A stretch of 63,673 nt of DNA, the filler included, from Aduncisulcus paluster (Eukaryota): NCBI GenBank assembly GCA_024181965.1. It is 8 parts of 8 records of this genome, joined end to end, with 100 filler letters (N's around TTAATTAATTAA, not from the genome) between each part and the next. Parts side by side here need not be neighbours in the genome. Positions count along the whole stretch, not along the records: positions 60,744 to 63,673 come from BQXS01000047.1; 7 more parts are not named here. One strand, written 5' to 3'. Numbering within the stretch: the first letter of the stretch is position 1; the number at the start of each line of letters is the position of its first letter. The notes beneath the pieces were generated by a model. It was not told the DNA's origin, did no database searches, and worked only from the letters and a program-made list of their open reading frames with translations. Below, piece after piece: positions 61,352 to 63,673 of the stretch. The translations under genes and the position numbers were made by a program.

Positions 61352-61921
61352 TTTCGTAATTTTATGAGAATTTTTTGATAATTGGATATGCTCATGAATA
61401 CACGCAAAAAAGATATATAAAATAAGGAATCCTAAAAATTAAAGAATATTTACAATTATAATATTATCATATGATTAGAAAATCCGATGAGATGGAACAA
61501 AACATGAAAAAAAAGTGTAATCTCAAATACATACCACCAGTAATTGAAAGAATAATTACTTGCATTCGAATAATTCCCTAAAGAAGATATATCCAAATAA
61601 ATGTTCTTCAAAATACCCAAGTTCCAGACGAAATTTTTCAAAAACAGAAATATCTACATACTTACATCAATTTCGTATAAGATATTAACGTCAAGTTAAA
61701 ATAATGTTGAAACTCATTCAGTAAATACAGATAATTTAATATGGCACCAAGTAGTTTTGAAAACTAAGTTTTCCCGTGGAATCGATAAGATTAGTGGGGG
61801 GATAAATAATAAAATTAAATTGAAATTGGAGTCTCATCCAAGGAATAATGAGAATCATCGGTGATAACTGGTCCCACAGCACCTCAAGGGAAACTTCAAT
61901 GTTTGTGTAAAATTAACCAAA

Positions 61922-62630
61922 ATGTCAACTCAGAAGGCCTTAGTATGTCTATTCTTTTTGGAATTAAATTCTTCTTCTTCATCAATTTGTTGAAATACCC
62001 CACTCTGATCTTATATTTATTCTTTTCTGTCAAAATCTGCTATTTGTGTTCCTTCGGTAGAAATGTGTTGCTGTTGGAGATGGTGCTGTTGGAAAAACTT
62101 GCATGCTTTTTGTCTATTGTTCTAATGTTTTCCCAGATGTGTACATTCCTACAGTTTTCGATACCCATAAAACTACTGTACTTTATCATGAAGAATCCAT
62201 CAATCTTAGTCTATGGGATACTGCTGGACAGGATACCTACCAGAGATTTAGGCCAATTACATATACTGACACTGATGTCTTCCTTGTTTGTTTCAGTGTT
62301 GTCAGACCTGAGTCTTTCAAGAACATTACTGAAAAATGGATTCCTGAGGTGAGACACACTCGTCCTGATGCTGCTATTGTTCTTGTTGGAACAAAATCAG
62401 ATCTTAGAGAAGACCCTACCACTTTGGAAGAATTGAAAGAGAAAGGCGAGGTTCCTATCTCTGAAGAAATGGCTAAAAAGCTTGCTAAATCCGTTAAAGC
62501 AGCTGGTTATATTGAATGCTCTGCTAAAGAGAGTAAGAATATTCGTGAAGTGTTTGATTTTGCTGTTGATGCAGCTCTCAATCCTAAACATAAGAAGTCT
62601 TCTGGTAGTGGAGGTTGCTTGATTCTGTAA
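61922..62630 (+). CDS. Rho-family (Rac-like) GTPase; exons 61922..61942 and 62061..62630
   Basis: Spliced MSTQKALKCVAVGDGAVGKTC, YIPTVFD, LWDTAGQ, TKSD, ECSAK and CaaL tail CLIL. Confidence 0.93.
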
Positions 62631-62860
62631 AATACACCCCTTTGTTTCTATTTATTTCCCTGATATAATTCCGTTCATGGATCCTCCTCATCACCAACTG
62701 TTATCCAGTCTCAAAGTTTCTGGTTAACTTGATCAATTCCCAACAAATAAATATTATAAATCAGTTTTTTACCAATGGGATTACGAATTATCACCAATTA
62801 ATGATCATATGAATGAGTCATTAAACTTGAAAACCAAAATCATCTTTTCCTCGTGTTGGA

Positions 62861-63603
62861 ATGTATAGATCATCCCAATATAGTCAAGATGAAATAATAT
62901 CGTATGTAAACTTTTCTTATTTTCTCTTTTATACTCGCTTATACCCTTATAATCCATAATAATTGATATTTTTTGCCCTAGACGTGCAATTGAACGTGAA
63001 AATGACACTTCAATATCAATATTCCCAGATAAAACCCCATCCCCCGAACCAGAAAAAAAATATAAACGCGTGAAAGTGAAAAAAGGAAAGAGAAGGACAA
63101 GTGGCGTTTCCATGCTCTCAGCTGATGAAAAACAGAAAAAATTATCATCAATTAGTTTTTTAGAAGGTGCACATACTGCAGAAATGGATAAAGAAGGTTA
63201 TTCATTAACTCCTGGTGATATTCAATCAACCAAACAGAAAGATATTTCTCGCTTGCGTTTTTTGCAAGGAGAAGGAGAATCGATGGCTGCGTATCTCGCA
63301 CAAGGAAAGCGTATTCCTCGTCGAGGAGAGGTTAATTGGGATGCTGATAGGATTAAAGCTCTTGAAAAAGTTGGTTACGAGATGAGTGGTAGTCGTCATG
63401 TAAATGTGTCTCGTGTCAGAGCCTTTAAGGAGGGTCAGTTGATGGATGCAAGAGCTAAACAGATTGCTAGACAAGAATCCATCACTGAAATTGCTTTGAA
63501 AGAGAAACAAGCCATGGATGACTTGAAACAACTCGCCATGAAACAGAAGAAAGCAATCGATATTAAATCGAGAAAAAAGAGGGTTCTTGGATTTAAGGGT
63601 TAG
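62861..63603 (+). CDS. NKAP-like splicing factor; exons 62861..62901 and 62982..63603
   Basis: C-terminal NKAP domain GEGESMAAYLAQGKRIPRRGE and GYEMSGSRH. 80-nt GTATGT intron restores the N-terminus. Confidence 0.88.
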
Positions 63604-63673
63604 GATATACTTTACAATTTGATAATATTCATTATTTTTGAACAATTTATCCTATATTTCGCGGTTTTCATTG

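Overview
Eukaryotic, AT-rich, gene-dense protist DNA. It is not one locus: eight unrelated contigs are joined by seven artificial 100-nt N linkers carrying TTAATTAATTAA. Gene content and style point to a free-living fornicate (Metamonada; Aduncisulcus/Carpediemonas-like organism). This is an inference from a Giardia/Trichomonas-like [2Fe-2S] ferredoxin with an MRO presequence, short 5'-biased GTATGT introns, and expanded ARM and LRR/EGF families. Recognisable genes: ferredoxin x2, palmitoyl-protein thioesterase x2, FKBP12, proteasome beta5, NOG1 (partial), a DUF6653-like protein, GOLPH3-like, kinesin-1, ubiquilin/Dsk2, a RING protein, condensin II CAP-G2, DPCD, PP2A B'', SYS1-like, a Rac-like GTPase, NKAP-like, and the probable 3' end of an RLE-type non-LTR retrotransposon. 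Twelve introns (11 distinct) missed by the ORF track were reconstructed by hand. The most striking unexplained signal is a set of chains of overlapping, perfect palindromes with a single-base centre (up to 10-1-10). They sit in non-coding DNA on several contigs, densest at 47809-48208, and occur in both non-homologous patches of a ~1.9 kb inverted duplication. They suggest an iterative fold-back/template-switch DNA synthesis process. Many exact tandem duplications and +1 frameshifts are probably assembly artefacts.
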